NCBI GenBank assembly: GCA_051546255.1
Contig: CP128817.1
Span: 1,364,001 to 1,428,000 of the forward strand
Direction of reading: 5' to 3'
Source of the DNA: Meyerozyma guilliermondii
Lineage: Eukaryota
DNA length: 64,000 bases
Below the pieces are notes generated by a model. It worked only from the letters and a program-made list of their open reading frames with translations, was not told the DNA's origin and ran no database searches. The first letter of the stretch is position 1; each line of letters starts with the position of its first letter. The position numbers were made by a program, and so were the translations under genes. Below are positions 49,793 to 59,653 of the stretch, one piece after another.

Positions 49793-51028
49793 TCACGAGA
49801 GAGGATCAAACCAGTTGGAAAATCGGCTATTGGCAAAAAGCCGCATTCCAGCAGTGGTTCCGGCTCGCAAGTCGCCCTTTTGCCGACTTTTTATAAACTG
49901 TTGGTCCATTTTTTGAAAGCTTCCGGTATAACTGTGAAAGAATGTAAATGTGCCCAATGAATAAAACATTCCCGTTAAAAGGTCTACCCGCCAATGGTGT
50001 TCCGAGTACACGGCAGCCCACCATTGTAAAATAATGTATAAGAATGCCAAGGCTTTGATCGTGTTGTAACGAGAATAATAGCACGCAAATAAAAACGCAG
50101 TAACTGCAGTTGCTGAATGGAGTGATGGTAAGGCACCGAATTTGGATGGTGTTGCCCAGTATACCGCTTTGTGAATATGGGGCCCTATTTTCATGTCAGA
50201 ACGACTGATACCGTCGGTGAACTTCATATCGTATGAGGGAGGTTTGTTGTCACCATATACTCGAATATAGAGAGGTGGAGCGTTGGGGAAAATGAAATGG
50301 GTTATAAGAGCCATGAGATTTTGCAGTCCCAAATTCCACCAAAATAAGGCAGTTGCTCCTTGCGGTTGGAATAAGTAAAGCCATAGCGAAGTCACTATGG
50401 GTACCAAGAAGTGCAATACCACATAAAATGCCCATGCAATGATTCCCTTGACGATATTGTAATTTTTGTGAAATCGGTACACCAAGTTGAGCAAGAACCA
50501 ACTCGAAAAACACAAGATTAATGGAGCATATTTGTACGAGCGTACAAATTCATGTTTGGAGAAAGGTTCATCCATCCACAGCTTGAAACCTATTTCGTGT
50601 TCCATTTCCGAAGAGCTCGTGGAACTTACATCTGTCAGATGTCCTATTTTGGTCAATTCAATGGCATTGGGTAACACCACTGAAATCAGCCGATAAAACT
50701 TGTTATAGATAAGCCAACCACCGGCACAAATGCATATTAAAGAGAGAATTGAACCCATCCAATAGGGGTGCATCGAGAATACATATTCGTCAAGACGCAT
50801 GCATAATCTCACATAAATAGGAGGTCGAATCAGATTAGGAATCCACAGCACCACTTTGGAAAGTATTATCCACAATAGTACGAGCAGCAAGTTGATAAAT
50901 ACGTCCACGGTTGCCCGGGTTGTCAGTCGTCCATTAAGCCATGTATATCGAAGATGGTTGATGAATTTTAGGCACCAATGGAACGGCAGTAGTACCAGTC
51001 GAGGGTCAATAGCATAATGAAAGTTCAT
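49793..51028 (-). CDS. IPT1: Inositolphosphotransferase (Aur1/Ipt1 PAP2-like family)
   Basis: Multi-TM protein with FPNAPP, FGALPSLHSA and QWWAAVYSEHHWRVDL, closer to Ipt1 than to Aur1. Confidence 0.8.
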   Translation of the reverse strand: MNFHYAIDPRLVLLPFHWCLKFINHLRYTWLNGRLTTRATVDVFINLLLVLLWIILSKVVLWIPNLIRPPIYVRLCMRLDEYVFSMHPYWMGSILSLICICAGGWLIYNKFYRLISVVLPNAIELTKIGHLTDVSSTSSSEMEHEIGFKLWMDEPFSKHEFVRSYKYAPLILCFSSWFLLNLVYRFHKNYNIVKGIIAWAFYVVLHFLVPIVTSLWLYLFQPQGATALFWWNLGLQNLMALITHFIFPNAPPLYIRVYGDNKPPSYDMKFTDGISRSDMKIGPHIHKAVYWATPSKFGALPSLHSATAVTAFLFACYYSRYNTIKALAFLYIILQWWAAVYSEHHWRVDLLTGMFYSLGTFTFFHSYTGSFQKMDQQFIKSRQKGDLRAGTTAGMRLFANSRFSNWFDPLS

Positions 51029-51411
51029 GGAGACAGATGGACGGAAATATTATGGAATGTTTGGAAGGGAGATGAGTGATTTGCTAGTGAAGTGGTAGTT
51101 TCCGTAGGAGTAGAAACAAAACCGAAAGGTCCGATTTGGTAAAAAATTCTGGCGAAAAACTGGCTGAAAAATTGTTTGTTGATGATGATTGATTATGCTC
51201 AAAAAGCGTCTGTAAGGTTTTGCGGGTATACTGATCACCTGTGCAACCTTTTTAGCTCCTAAAAACTCCTGCGTCGTAGTTCCTTGACGGCCAACGTTGA
51301 GTTGTGGAACGCCTTGAGTTTCGCCAGTGTGCGGCTCCGTTATATAGTCAATGAGGCCGGGTGCAGGCGGGGTGAGAGTGAGACTTAAAGTAGAGAGTAT
51401 GCCTAAACGGC

Positions 51412-52221
51412 ATGAAAACTATAGCATTACGAGAGGTGAGTGTGGTGAGTGGATCGGAGGGGACTGGTGACACACAGTAATTGGCCATTTTGGATTTTGA
51501 TTTCATTGATAGCTGAATTTTATGGTAAATTGATTTCTCGGTAAAACCATTTCGCTAAAAATAGTGTCTCTGTGATTTTAGTTATTCTTTGAAGTTTTCG
51601 AGTTAATCTTCTCATCTTCAGCTAACACAGCTCCTTGTGGTTCAACCCCATATTTTGCAATCACTGGGTGAACAGATCACTGGTGTGATACATGTAGCGT
51701 TTCGTGATCGCAAGACAAAATCAGCATTTTACAACCGATTGCATCCAATTGGCTCGGGAAAAGTATGTGTGATTGACTGTGGGTACGAGAACATTGTGGT
51801 TGACTCGCAATTGAATTTGGGTGACATTGAAGATTTTGCAGCCTTGATCCTGAAACTCGAGCTGATATTGGCAATGACTCTGCCAAATGATCCATTATTT
51901 CATGTCAATATTCACACGTTAGTAATTGATAACCTTTCTGTTTTTTACTGGGAATTGAAATTGTTGCTGTTCCAAGATCAGGTATCAAAATATCGACAAC
52001 TTGGCAATTTAATTCATATTATACATAAGCGTTACAATTGCAGTATAATAACCACTTCTTGGGATAGTATGTTTGAATTGGGGTACCAGTACAATCACAA
52101 GTCTGTTCCTGAGCGATTGATACTCATACCGACGGGATTTTTTGAGCATTTCAATTATGTGGTGCATTACGAAGGAGAGAAGAAAACTGTAATAGCGAGC
52201 AATGAAGAAACAGAGAAATAA
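51412..52221 (+). CDS. Psy3-like Rad51 paralog (Shu complex); exons 51412-51435 and 51631-52221, 195-nt intron
   Basis: ATG AAA...CGA GAG|GTGAGT...GCTAACACAG|CTC CTT GTG is in frame (204 aa). Walker-B-like LVIDNLSVFYWEL and YNCSIITTSW resemble Psy3/XRCC2-type paralogs; no Walker A. Confidence 0.6.
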
Positions 52222-52420
52222 AGGCATGTATAACGCATGTATATCCAGACATATGACGAGACATACGTAACATAAGTAAGAGAAGCATAAAACACAAAGT
52301 GGAACAATTAAGTTTACACTCACTAAGCAAGCCAAACTATTGAAGTGCCCTTTTTGTTTTTTGTCTTTTTGCCTTTGTCTCCTGTCTTTGTCTACACCAT
52401 TTCAATTCTTATTTAATGCT

Positions 52421-52948
52421 CTACATAACAGTCAAGTCGCCAAACTTCTCCTTGTATCCGGGCACCTCCCATTTACCATTCTTGATCATGTAGTTCACCT
52501 TCTCGTCCAAGTCAGGTCTGGCCTTGGCAACATCGTCGACGGTCAATTGGTCGAATGGTCTGGCAGACTCAATGTCCTTCAAAGTTTCCTGGAGTTGCTT
52601 TATTTCCTCCAATACTGATTTTTCGGTCAATTTGGCGTTCTCAACCGCCTTCTCTTCAAAGAGATCAATGGACTTCAATGTCTTGCTGACATCATAGGTG
52701 GCGGGTTTGAATGACGACACAGCCTTCTCGATCTCGTCAACAACTTTCTGGTTCTTCAAAACCAGACGGTAGTGATTAAAATCAACGGTGTGGGCTTCTT
52801 GCTTCAATGCCAAGTTCTCCTTCTTGGCCTCATCGTTTCTCTTCTTAAAAGCAGTCAAGGACGAAGCGGTGGATCCGGTCAATCCCAAAGATGAGACGAC
52901 CTTTGCCCAGTCCAATTTGGTGGCAGCGGTTTTGGCAACAGATGACAT
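52421..52948 (-). CDS. ATP7: ATP synthase subunit d
   Basis: MSSVAKTAATKLDWAKV, LTAFKKRNDEA, ARPFDQLTVDD and GKWEVPGYKEKFGDL. True start at 52948; CCAAT at 52998-53002. Confidence 0.97.
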   Translation of the reverse strand: MSSVAKTAATKLDWAKVVSSLGLTGSTASSLTAFKKRNDEAKKENLALKQEAHTVDFNHYRLVLKNQKVVDEIEKAVSSFKPATYDVSKTLKSIDLFEEKAVENAKLTEKSVLEEIKQLQETLKDIESARPFDQLTVDDVAKARPDLDEKVNYMIKNGKWEVPGYKEKFGDLTVM

Positions 52949-53118
52949 GGTGGTGATGGGTGAAGTTTGGAAAGTTAAATGCCGGCACCGCGCCGGGCCA
53001 ATGAGGGTGCGTCGTGTCTGCACCACTGGGGGAGAGGGTCAGGTGCGCGAAGGTCCCGTGATTTTTCAGGTGATCTCCGCGTTCAGCACTTGAGCTGCGG
53101 GCCGATCGATCCACCATA

Positions 53119-56070
53119 ATGGCTCCGTTGATGAAAGGGTTGACCCAGTTTATCGTCGATATCCGAGAAGCCCAGGATGCAGAGGCCGAGAAAAGACGCA
53201 TCAATCTTGAGATCAACAATATCCAAACCAAGTTTTCGCAACCAAATCTTAACGGTTATCATCGCAAAAAATACATCTGTAAACTCGTATATATCCACCT
53301 TCTTGGGTACGATACAGTTGATTTCGGACTCACTCATGCACTCGCACTCGTGGAATCTTCCGTTTTCAGCGAAAAGTCGCTTGGATACTTGGCAGTATCG
53401 ACATTGTTCCCGGTGGAAAAGAACCATACCATCACTGATTACTTGGAAAATATGCTAGATATCATCTATTCTTCCTTGATAAAAGATCTCCAGTCGAATA
53501 ACGAAGAGTTCAATTGCTTGGCAGTGCAATTCATCGCCAACTGCTTCAACGTGCTGAACGATGAAGGCCATGATTACCCGGTTCATTCCATCACCAAAAA
53601 CCATGAAGATTTCCCTCGATGGCAGGAAATCGTCGATATGGTTTACTCTCTTTGTTGCTCACCAGTTCTGAACTTGCGAGTTCGCCAAAAAAGTGTGGCA
53701 GCTTTACTTTCCCTTTCCAAGTTATTTCCATCGATCATCAAAGCGAATAACAATTGGATCCCTCGCATTTTGTCGCTTGTTGACGACCCCAGCATGGGCG
53801 TAGTGGCAGCATCGGTTCCTCTCATCCAATTTGTGGCGCAAATGGAACCTAAATACTTCAAGTCAATACTCCCCTCGATTGCTCGTCGATTACGTCTGTT
53901 AGTGGTGGAGCAGCAATGCCCTGAAGAATACTATTATTACGACTCTCCGGCCCCTTGGCTTATCGTGAGTCTATTGCATACCATAGAATTGTGTTTTTTG
54001 TGCCAAGAAACCGCTCCTTCCGTGACATTGGCTCTGCTTGATCGAGAGACTGTCAACAGTTTGCGTGAAGTGGTGGCATATTCAATCAAAAATGCGTCAC
54101 AGCCGGTCCGTGGCCTTCCCAATCGAAACTCCCAAAGCTCAATTCTTTTCCAAACTGTTTCTTTGACGGTGTTCTTGGACGCTTCTGCCGAGGCTATAGC
54201 TGGTGCTGTAGAAGCTTTGATGTCCCTTTTAGATTCGGCAGAAACAAACACCCGATACTTGTCACTAGATGCTCTCATCAAGTTGGCAGACCGAGCTACT
54301 CTGGAAGGCAATTACTACGCTTCGGTAAGAAAATCTTTCTCCGATAATTTACCCAAAATTTTCAAGTTTCTGGCCGACAAAGATATCTCGGTCAAACGAA
54401 AATCGCTAGACTTGCTCTACACCGTTTGCGATGCCACCAATTGCAACCTGATTGTGACTCATTTGCTCGATAGCTTTCCTCATACTGAAGCTAATTTAAA
54501 GCCAGATGTAGCTGTCAAAATTGCAGTTTTAGCTGAGCGGTATGCCCTGAACCCGGAATGGTATGTTACAAACATGATTCGATTGTTATCTATGGGAGAA
54601 GGTCCATCTGGTGGGTCCGCTTACACCGGAAACGAGGTGTGGGAACGTGTGGTACAGATTATTGTCAATAATGAAAACCTTCAAACGATGTCTTGTCGCA
54701 TGATATCCAATCTTCTCAAGACTCATAGTTCACTGGAGAGCCTAGTCAAAGTTGCTGCGTTCGTTTTGGGAGAGTACGGACACAAGTGTGATTTCGACTT
54801 TATACTGACATTTCTGGTTCTTTATGATGCCTACTTTTCAGTTTCGTTAATCACACGAGCCATGCTACTCACATCGTTTCTCAAAATATCAGCAAGGCAA
54901 CCTGATTCTGATTTTGTTCCCGATATAATAGATTTATTCGAAGCAGAAACCCAATCGATGGATCTTGAAATACAGACTAGGGCCCATGAATATCTCCAAT
55001 TGATGATTGAGCCAGGTAAAGAGCTTGCTTCAATTGTATTGCGACCATTTCCCGCGTTTGAAGCAAAATCCAACCACTTGCTTTCAAGAGTTGGAAGTGT
55101 CCATCGCTTGTCGAACCGAACTCGTTCCAGCTCCAACGTTGCTGAAAATAAACCTCGAAGTAATCTGGATGCCTTAGCGAGACTCCGAAATGTTAAGTCA
55201 GCATCTAGTGTTGCGCTACCTATTCCTGAGGCTAGTGATGAAAGTGAAGATCCATTTGCAGAAAGATCTGAAGATTACACCCTATCTCCCAATTGGTATT
55301 CTGGGTATCTTCGTATGTGTCACTACGACGCTGGAATATTTTATGAGAACACTTTGATCAAAATCACGTATAGAGTTATCAAGAGTGGTGCAATCTTTAC
55401 CTACCGGTTTACAATCATTAACAGTGCAGCAAAGTCAGCCAATACCGAGATCACTAGACTCACCGTTTTGGAACTTCAAGGAGCTTCAGCTACTACCAAC
55501 CCTAACTTTATTATCGAAATGTCACAATATCCGCAACAAACGGTGACTACAAAGACAGAGATGGAAATTAGGGTCAAAATCCGTAATGTCGTGGGCATCA
55601 ACGAAAGTCCTGTGCTTGCTTTATCGTTCATGTGCGGAGGTTCGTTCAATCAACTCAATTTGAAAATTCCTGTTCTTATGCTCAAGACATTATCGGCGGC
55701 TACTTCTACAAATTTGGAAGAGTTCAAAAAGAGATGGTTGCAAATTGGACAAGAATTGGGTTCAATAGACGGCGAAAGTACTGTCTTTTGCAGTACTGCC
55801 CATCGGTACAACTCGTCCAATATAGTACGGTTGGTGTCCCGATTAGGGTTGGAAGTTGTACATCATTCGCCAGACGACACCAAAAACGGAATTTTGGTGT
55901 TGGCAGCAGGTATTTTGCACACTCAAAATGCAAATTACGGAGCATTAGTAACTATCAAGAGCACGGACGACGTGGGATGCAAGTTTGAAATAGTTGCCCG
56001 GTGCACGGCAGGAGGGGTTGCGGAGGCTTTGGCTAGTTCATTTAAGGTAATCTTTGATGGCGGCTTTTAA
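53119..56070 (+). CDS. APL3: AP-2 complex alpha-adaptin
   Basis: MKGLTQFIVDIR, LNGYHRKKYICKLVYI, YYYYDSPAPWL, DKDISVKRKSLDLLY and a C-terminal appendage domain. Confidence 0.93.
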   Translation: MAPLMKGLTQFIVDIREAQDAEAEKRRINLEINNIQTKFSQPNLNGYHRKKYICKLVYIHLLGYDTVDFGLTHALALVESSVFSEKSLGYLAVSTLFPVEKNHTITDYLENMLDIIYSSLIKDLQSNNEEFNCLAVQFIANCFNVLNDEGHDYPVHSITKNHEDFPRWQEIVDMVYSLCCSPVLNLRVRQKSVAALLSLSKLFPSIIKANNNWIPRILSLVDDPSMGVVAASVPLIQFVAQMEPKYFKSILPSIARRLRLLVVEQQCPEEYYYYDSPAPWLIVSLLHTIELCFLCQETAPSVTLALLDRETVNSLREVVAYSIKNASQPVRGLPNRNSQSSILFQTVSLTVFLDASAEAIAGAVEALMSLLDSAETNTRYLSLDALIKLADRATLEGNYYASVRKSFSDNLPKIFKFLADKDISVKRKSLDLLYTVCDATNCNLIVTHLLDSFPHTEANLKPDVAVKIAVLAERYALNPEWYVTNMIRLLSMGEGPSGGSAYTGNEVWERVVQIIVNNENLQTMSCRMISNLLKTHSSLESLVKVAAFVLGEYGHKCDFDFILTFLVLYDAYFSVSLITRAMLLTSFLKISARQPDSDFVPDIIDLFEAETQSMDLEIQTRAHEYLQLMIEPGKELASIVLRPFPAFEAKSNHLLSRVGSVHRLSNRTRSSSNVAENKPRSNLDALARLRNVKSASSVALPIPEASDESEDPFAERSEDYTLSPNWYSGYLRMCHYDAGIFYENTLIKITYRVIKSGAIFTYRFTIINSAAKSANTEITRLTVLELQGASATTNPNFIIEMSQYPQQTVTTKTEMEIRVKIRNVVGINESPVLALSFMCGGSFNQLNLKIPVLMLKTLSAATSTNLEEFKKRWLQIGQELGSIDGESTVFCSTAHRYNSSNIVRLVSRLGLEVVHHSPDDTKNGILVLAAGILHTQNANYGALVTIKSTDDVGCKFEIVARCTAGGVAEALASSFKVIFDGGF

Positions 56071-56232
56071 ATGAAGCCCGTTGAAGCCCGTTGCGGGCCG
56101 GAACCTAGTGGGGTTGTGCTCCACCTCGCTCTCTGCAGGACATTAAGCAATACGAATAAACATTACAACCGAACTTGAATCATTATAGGTTAGGATGTAC
56201 TGGATCGAGTTACTTGGACTATTTTCTTGTAG

Positions 56233-56270
56233 TGTCTTGTCTTGTCTTGTCCTGGTTTTGTCCTGGTTGT
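56233..56270. repeat. Short imperfect (TGTCT)n microsatellite
   Basis: tgtcttgtcttgtcttgtcctggttttgtcctggttgt in the APL3-PRY gap. Confidence 0.55.
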
Positions 56271-56506
56271 GTAAGTCCTAGATGCCTTTTTGGATCAGAA
56301 TGAAAAATCAATATCATTTCCCGTTTAGGCAACATTGACAGGCTCATGGAACATTGCCTAATCGGGCAAGTGAAGATGCAGCTCGAGCTGAATAATTTGC
56401 AGCTAATTCCTATTTAGTATAAAAATTAAACGGACATTGCCAATGTGGGGTTCTTGTGACCAGCGATATAAAACTCAATCCTGCCCAATTCACAGTAAAC
56501 AATCAG

Positions 56507-57496
56507 ATGAGACCCTCCATTAGTGTGGCCACTGCTTTGGCTATCTTGTCTGCTGCGATAGTAGAAGCAGCACCAGCACCAGCTGTGGTGACTGTTTATG
56601 ACACTGCTGTTCAAGCTGTGACGAGTACAGCTGCTCCATTTGCTGCTCCGGTCCCTTCTGCAGTTGCTTCTCCAGTTGCTTCTTCAGTTCCAACTGCTGC
56701 CAGTTCGGGTTCTGGATCTTCTCTTTGGAGCAGCATTCTCAGCTTCTTTGACGGAGACAGTAGTTCCACCACCTCCTCCAACACTGCATCTGCGTCGCTG
56801 TCTTCGGGTTCTAGTGGCTTTGGGGGATTGTTGGGATCGCTTTTGAGCAATTCCAAAGTGAAGAGCTGGCTCTCTGATTTTGGATACACCTCAGGCTCAT
56901 CATCGTCATCATCGTCCGCGGCTCCTGTTGCTTCAACCCAGCCTACCACAACCTCAGCGGTTCCATTTTTCAGTGTTGCATCGACAACTTCCACCAGTTC
57001 GACTTCCAGTTCCGCCTCAACCCTGTCTTCAGGTTCTGGCTCTGGTGGAATCTACTCTGAAATCGGTCCATCTGGAGTCGATGCCGACTTTGCCAAGCTG
57101 ATCTTGGATATCCATAACAAGTACAGAGCAGCTCACGGCGCTGGTCCATTATCTTGGGACACCCTGGCTTACGAATATGCCCAAAATAACGCTGACTCGT
57201 ACGACTGTTCCGGAATATTGACTCACACCCATGGACAATTTGGTGAAAATCTTGCTTGTGGTTTCAAAGATGGACCTTCTGCTGTGACCGCTTGGTACGA
57301 TGAGGGACAAACATACAACTATCAAACTGCCAACGAGTATAATCATTTTACTCAGGTTGTTTGGAAAGGATCTACAAAAATGGGATGTGCCATTAAGGAC
57401 TGCTCAAAGAACAATTGGGGCCATTACGTTGTTTGTGAGTACGACCCTCCAGGAAACGTCATTGGTCGTAACGCACAAAACGTCTTGCAAAACTAG
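56507..57496 (+). CDS. Secreted CAP/SCP (Pry/Rbe1/Rbt4) family protein
   Basis: Signal peptide from ATG 56507, Ser-rich linker and CAP domain HNKYRAAHGA..LSW, GENLA, HFTQVVWK..GC, VVCEYDPPGN. Confidence 0.92.
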   Translation: MRPSISVATALAILSAAIVEAAPAPAVVTVYDTAVQAVTSTAAPFAAPVPSAVASPVASSVPTAASSGSGSSLWSSILSFFDGDSSSTTSSNTASASLSSGSSGFGGLLGSLLSNSKVKSWLSDFGYTSGSSSSSSSAAPVASTQPTTTSAVPFFSVASTTSTSSTSSSASTLSSGSGSGGIYSEIGPSGVDADFAKLILDIHNKYRAAHGAGPLSWDTLAYEYAQNNADSYDCSGILTHTHGQFGENLACGFKDGPSAVTAWYDEGQTYNYQTANEYNHFTQVVWKGSTKMGCAIKDCSKNNWGHYVVCEYDPPGNVIGRNAQNVLQN

Positions 57497-57592
57497 ACTG
57501 CAGCGTCGGCTGCAAATGTTATCTGTATACCTAATTTATCGTTCTCATAAAGTTTAAATTTCAAAAGTTTAATTTTCAGTTCGCACTTTTTT

Positions 57593-58765
57593 ATGAGCTA
57601 TGTCTTTGATGGCAGATTGTGCAGAGTCACTCCCTACTATTTCCAGTACAAAACTCACGTGAAACAACGATGGGTGGGCCGCACCATTCCACAGGTGTTC
57701 GAGTCGGATTTGGGACAATCATCAAGTCTTTCTTACGAAGATATTAAGCATGATAGACTTCAGCTTCAAATCAAAGACAAAGGAAAACCGGTCATTATAC
57801 AAGGTGAAAAGTTGATAACACAGCCGTTGCGGCAGCACGATATAATCTTGAACTATAAGCACATTCATGAACCTCCTATTGTTTGGTCAGGACCAATAAG
57901 TATAATATACCAAGATCCATCATTGATAGTGGTTAACAAACCAAGTGGGATTCCAACCCATCCTTCTGGCAACTTTCGCTATAATTCAGTGACAGAGATT
58001 GTCAAGGCTCAATTGCATTTGGAGAGCATCTTTCCGTGTCACAGGCTTGATAAGGCTACATCTGGTATACTAATGTTGGCTACCACTTCAGCGGCTTGTT
58101 CAAATATACAGAAGCAGCTTCAAGAGAGAAAAGATGTTAAAAAAGAATACATAGCAAGGGTCAAGGGCAAATTTCCACCTTCTCAGCTCGTTCACCAAGA
58201 TCCTGTATTTTTACTTAACTCAACAGCTGGTTACATTATGCCAGGAAGATATGTCTCTATCGACTCATCCACCACCTTCACCAGATTAAAGTACAATCTG
58301 GAGCTTGATGAGAGCATAGTATCTTGCGAGCCTCATTCGGGAAAAATGCACCAAATAAGAATTCATCTACGCAACTTGGGTTTCCCCATAGTCAATGACA
58401 AGTTGTATAATCCAGGTGAATCGGATAAACTCAATTTACTCCGAAACAATATTGAACTAAAGTTGTACAAGAAAGTGAAATTGTCGACAAAAGACAACAC
58501 TGACATACAAATAGACATTGTCAAGGAGTCTGATTTTGAATCGAAAGAAATCCAGCAAGATATAAAGATGCTTCTTGAATTACGCCAGGCCCGTTTGGCA
58601 GAATTATTTCTGTCACCAACTGTATGTGAAGAGTGCAAGCGGCCCATCGTAGCCTCTACAGGAGATGGCAATTCGTTCTGGTTACATGCTCGAAAATATG
58701 AAGTGAATATCAATGGTGATCTACTTTCGTTTTCTGCCGCAGAACCTGATTGGGCATGTATCTAA
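57593..58765 (+). CDS. PUS6: RluA-family tRNA pseudouridine synthase (Pus6-like)
   Basis: VNKPSGIPTHP, catalytic HRLD and GKMHQIRIHL..LGFPIVND..Y; no deaminase fusion. Confidence 0.75.
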   Translation: MSYVFDGRLCRVTPYYFQYKTHVKQRWVGRTIPQVFESDLGQSSSLSYEDIKHDRLQLQIKDKGKPVIIQGEKLITQPLRQHDIILNYKHIHEPPIVWSGPISIIYQDPSLIVVNKPSGIPTHPSGNFRYNSVTEIVKAQLHLESIFPCHRLDKATSGILMLATTSAACSNIQKQLQERKDVKKEYIARVKGKFPPSQLVHQDPVFLLNSTAGYIMPGRYVSIDSSTTFTRLKYNLELDESIVSCEPHSGKMHQIRIHLRNLGFPIVNDKLYNPGESDKLNLLRNNIELKLYKKVKLSTKDNTDIQIDIVKESDFESKEIQQDIKMLLELRQARLAELFLSPTVCEECKRPIVASTGDGNSFWLHARKYEVNINGDLLSFSAAEPDWACI

Positions 58766-58790
58766 AATTGCCGGCCGGCGGCTCTATAAT

Positions 58791-59600
58791 CTATTTCTTT
58801 AAGAAAGGATACTTGGGATAATATCCTGGCACGTTCTCCTCACCCATGGTATTATGTACAGTTATGTTGGGTAGTAATTGTGCTGCCATGTTCTGATGTT
58901 TTTTGGAGATGACCTTTAACTGCTCTTGCAATTTGCGATCAAAAAGAGACAGTACGGCCTTTCGAATAGCAAGTTTTACCCGAAGATGATCATCTTCTGT
59001 AACCGGAACCAACCCAAATCTAAAACAGAATACACCCGCGACTATGTTGATGTCTTCATTCTTCGTATACTTCAATATTGCTTCGTAGAGCTCGTTTTTG
59101 ACTAAACGTCGGAATCTCTGTCTTTCTATGGCGCTATCCATTGGAAGCATTTTTTCACTGAAATAGTTGTCCTTTTTGTAAGTTCCTTTGTACGTCGTGA
59201 ATAACCTTGCATAATCTCCATCATTGAACAAAGTCCCGCCCTTGTTCGAAAACATATATGCTATAGTCGACTTTCTCACCAGAGCTATGTGATGAGATTC
59301 TGGAAAAAATATGAGGTTGAAAAAACGATTCGATGCTAGTTTTGGAAGCTGCTTTGCCATTTGTCTCCGATTCATATGCAGATAGACTTCAGGATCCACT
59401 CCTTTAATATCTGTTGGAGCAGTAGGTAAACTGTAGCGAGCATAAGTGGGAACATTTGTCAGGTGAGTGCTGAAAAACTCATTGCAATCTTTTACCGATG
59501 GTAGTTTGAAGCCATTGAAAGTCCATGGTATACTAGGAAATGGGTGCGGTGCCGAAAAGAGTACTTTTCGTGTGGAAGGTAGCTTGCTAGAAAGGTTCAT
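58791..59600 (-). CDS. PET130: Mitochondrial protein Pet130
   Basis: VAGVFCFRF and C-terminal NVPGYYPKYPFL match recalled Pet130 (NVPGYYPKLPFL); near BBC1 as in S. cerevisiae. Confidence 0.75.
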   Translation of the reverse strand: MNLSSKLPSTRKVLFSAPHPFPSIPWTFNGFKLPSVKDCNEFFSTHLTNVPTYARYSLPTAPTDIKGVDPEVYLHMNRRQMAKQLPKLASNRFFNLIFFPESHHIALVRKSTIAYMFSNKGGTLFNDGDYARLFTTYKGTYKKDNYFSEKMLPMDSAIERQRFRRLVKNELYEAILKYTKNEDINIVAGVFCFRFGLVPVTEDDHLRVKLAIRKAVLSLFDRKLQEQLKVISKKHQNMAAQLLPNITVHNTMGEENVPGYYPKYPFLKK

Positions 59601-59653
59601 CTTGCAGATTGGAAATTCGCATCGAATATAAAGTGTTGGTGTTTGGTTGCCGT

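Noticed and set aside
52949..53026. N-terminal extensions given by the track (ATP7; likewise AIM25, GRR1, JSN1, PIR, PRY, ABC copy 1)
   Set aside because: They mostly rely on GTG/TTG starts or run through promoter DNA; downstream ATGs give the expected N-termini.
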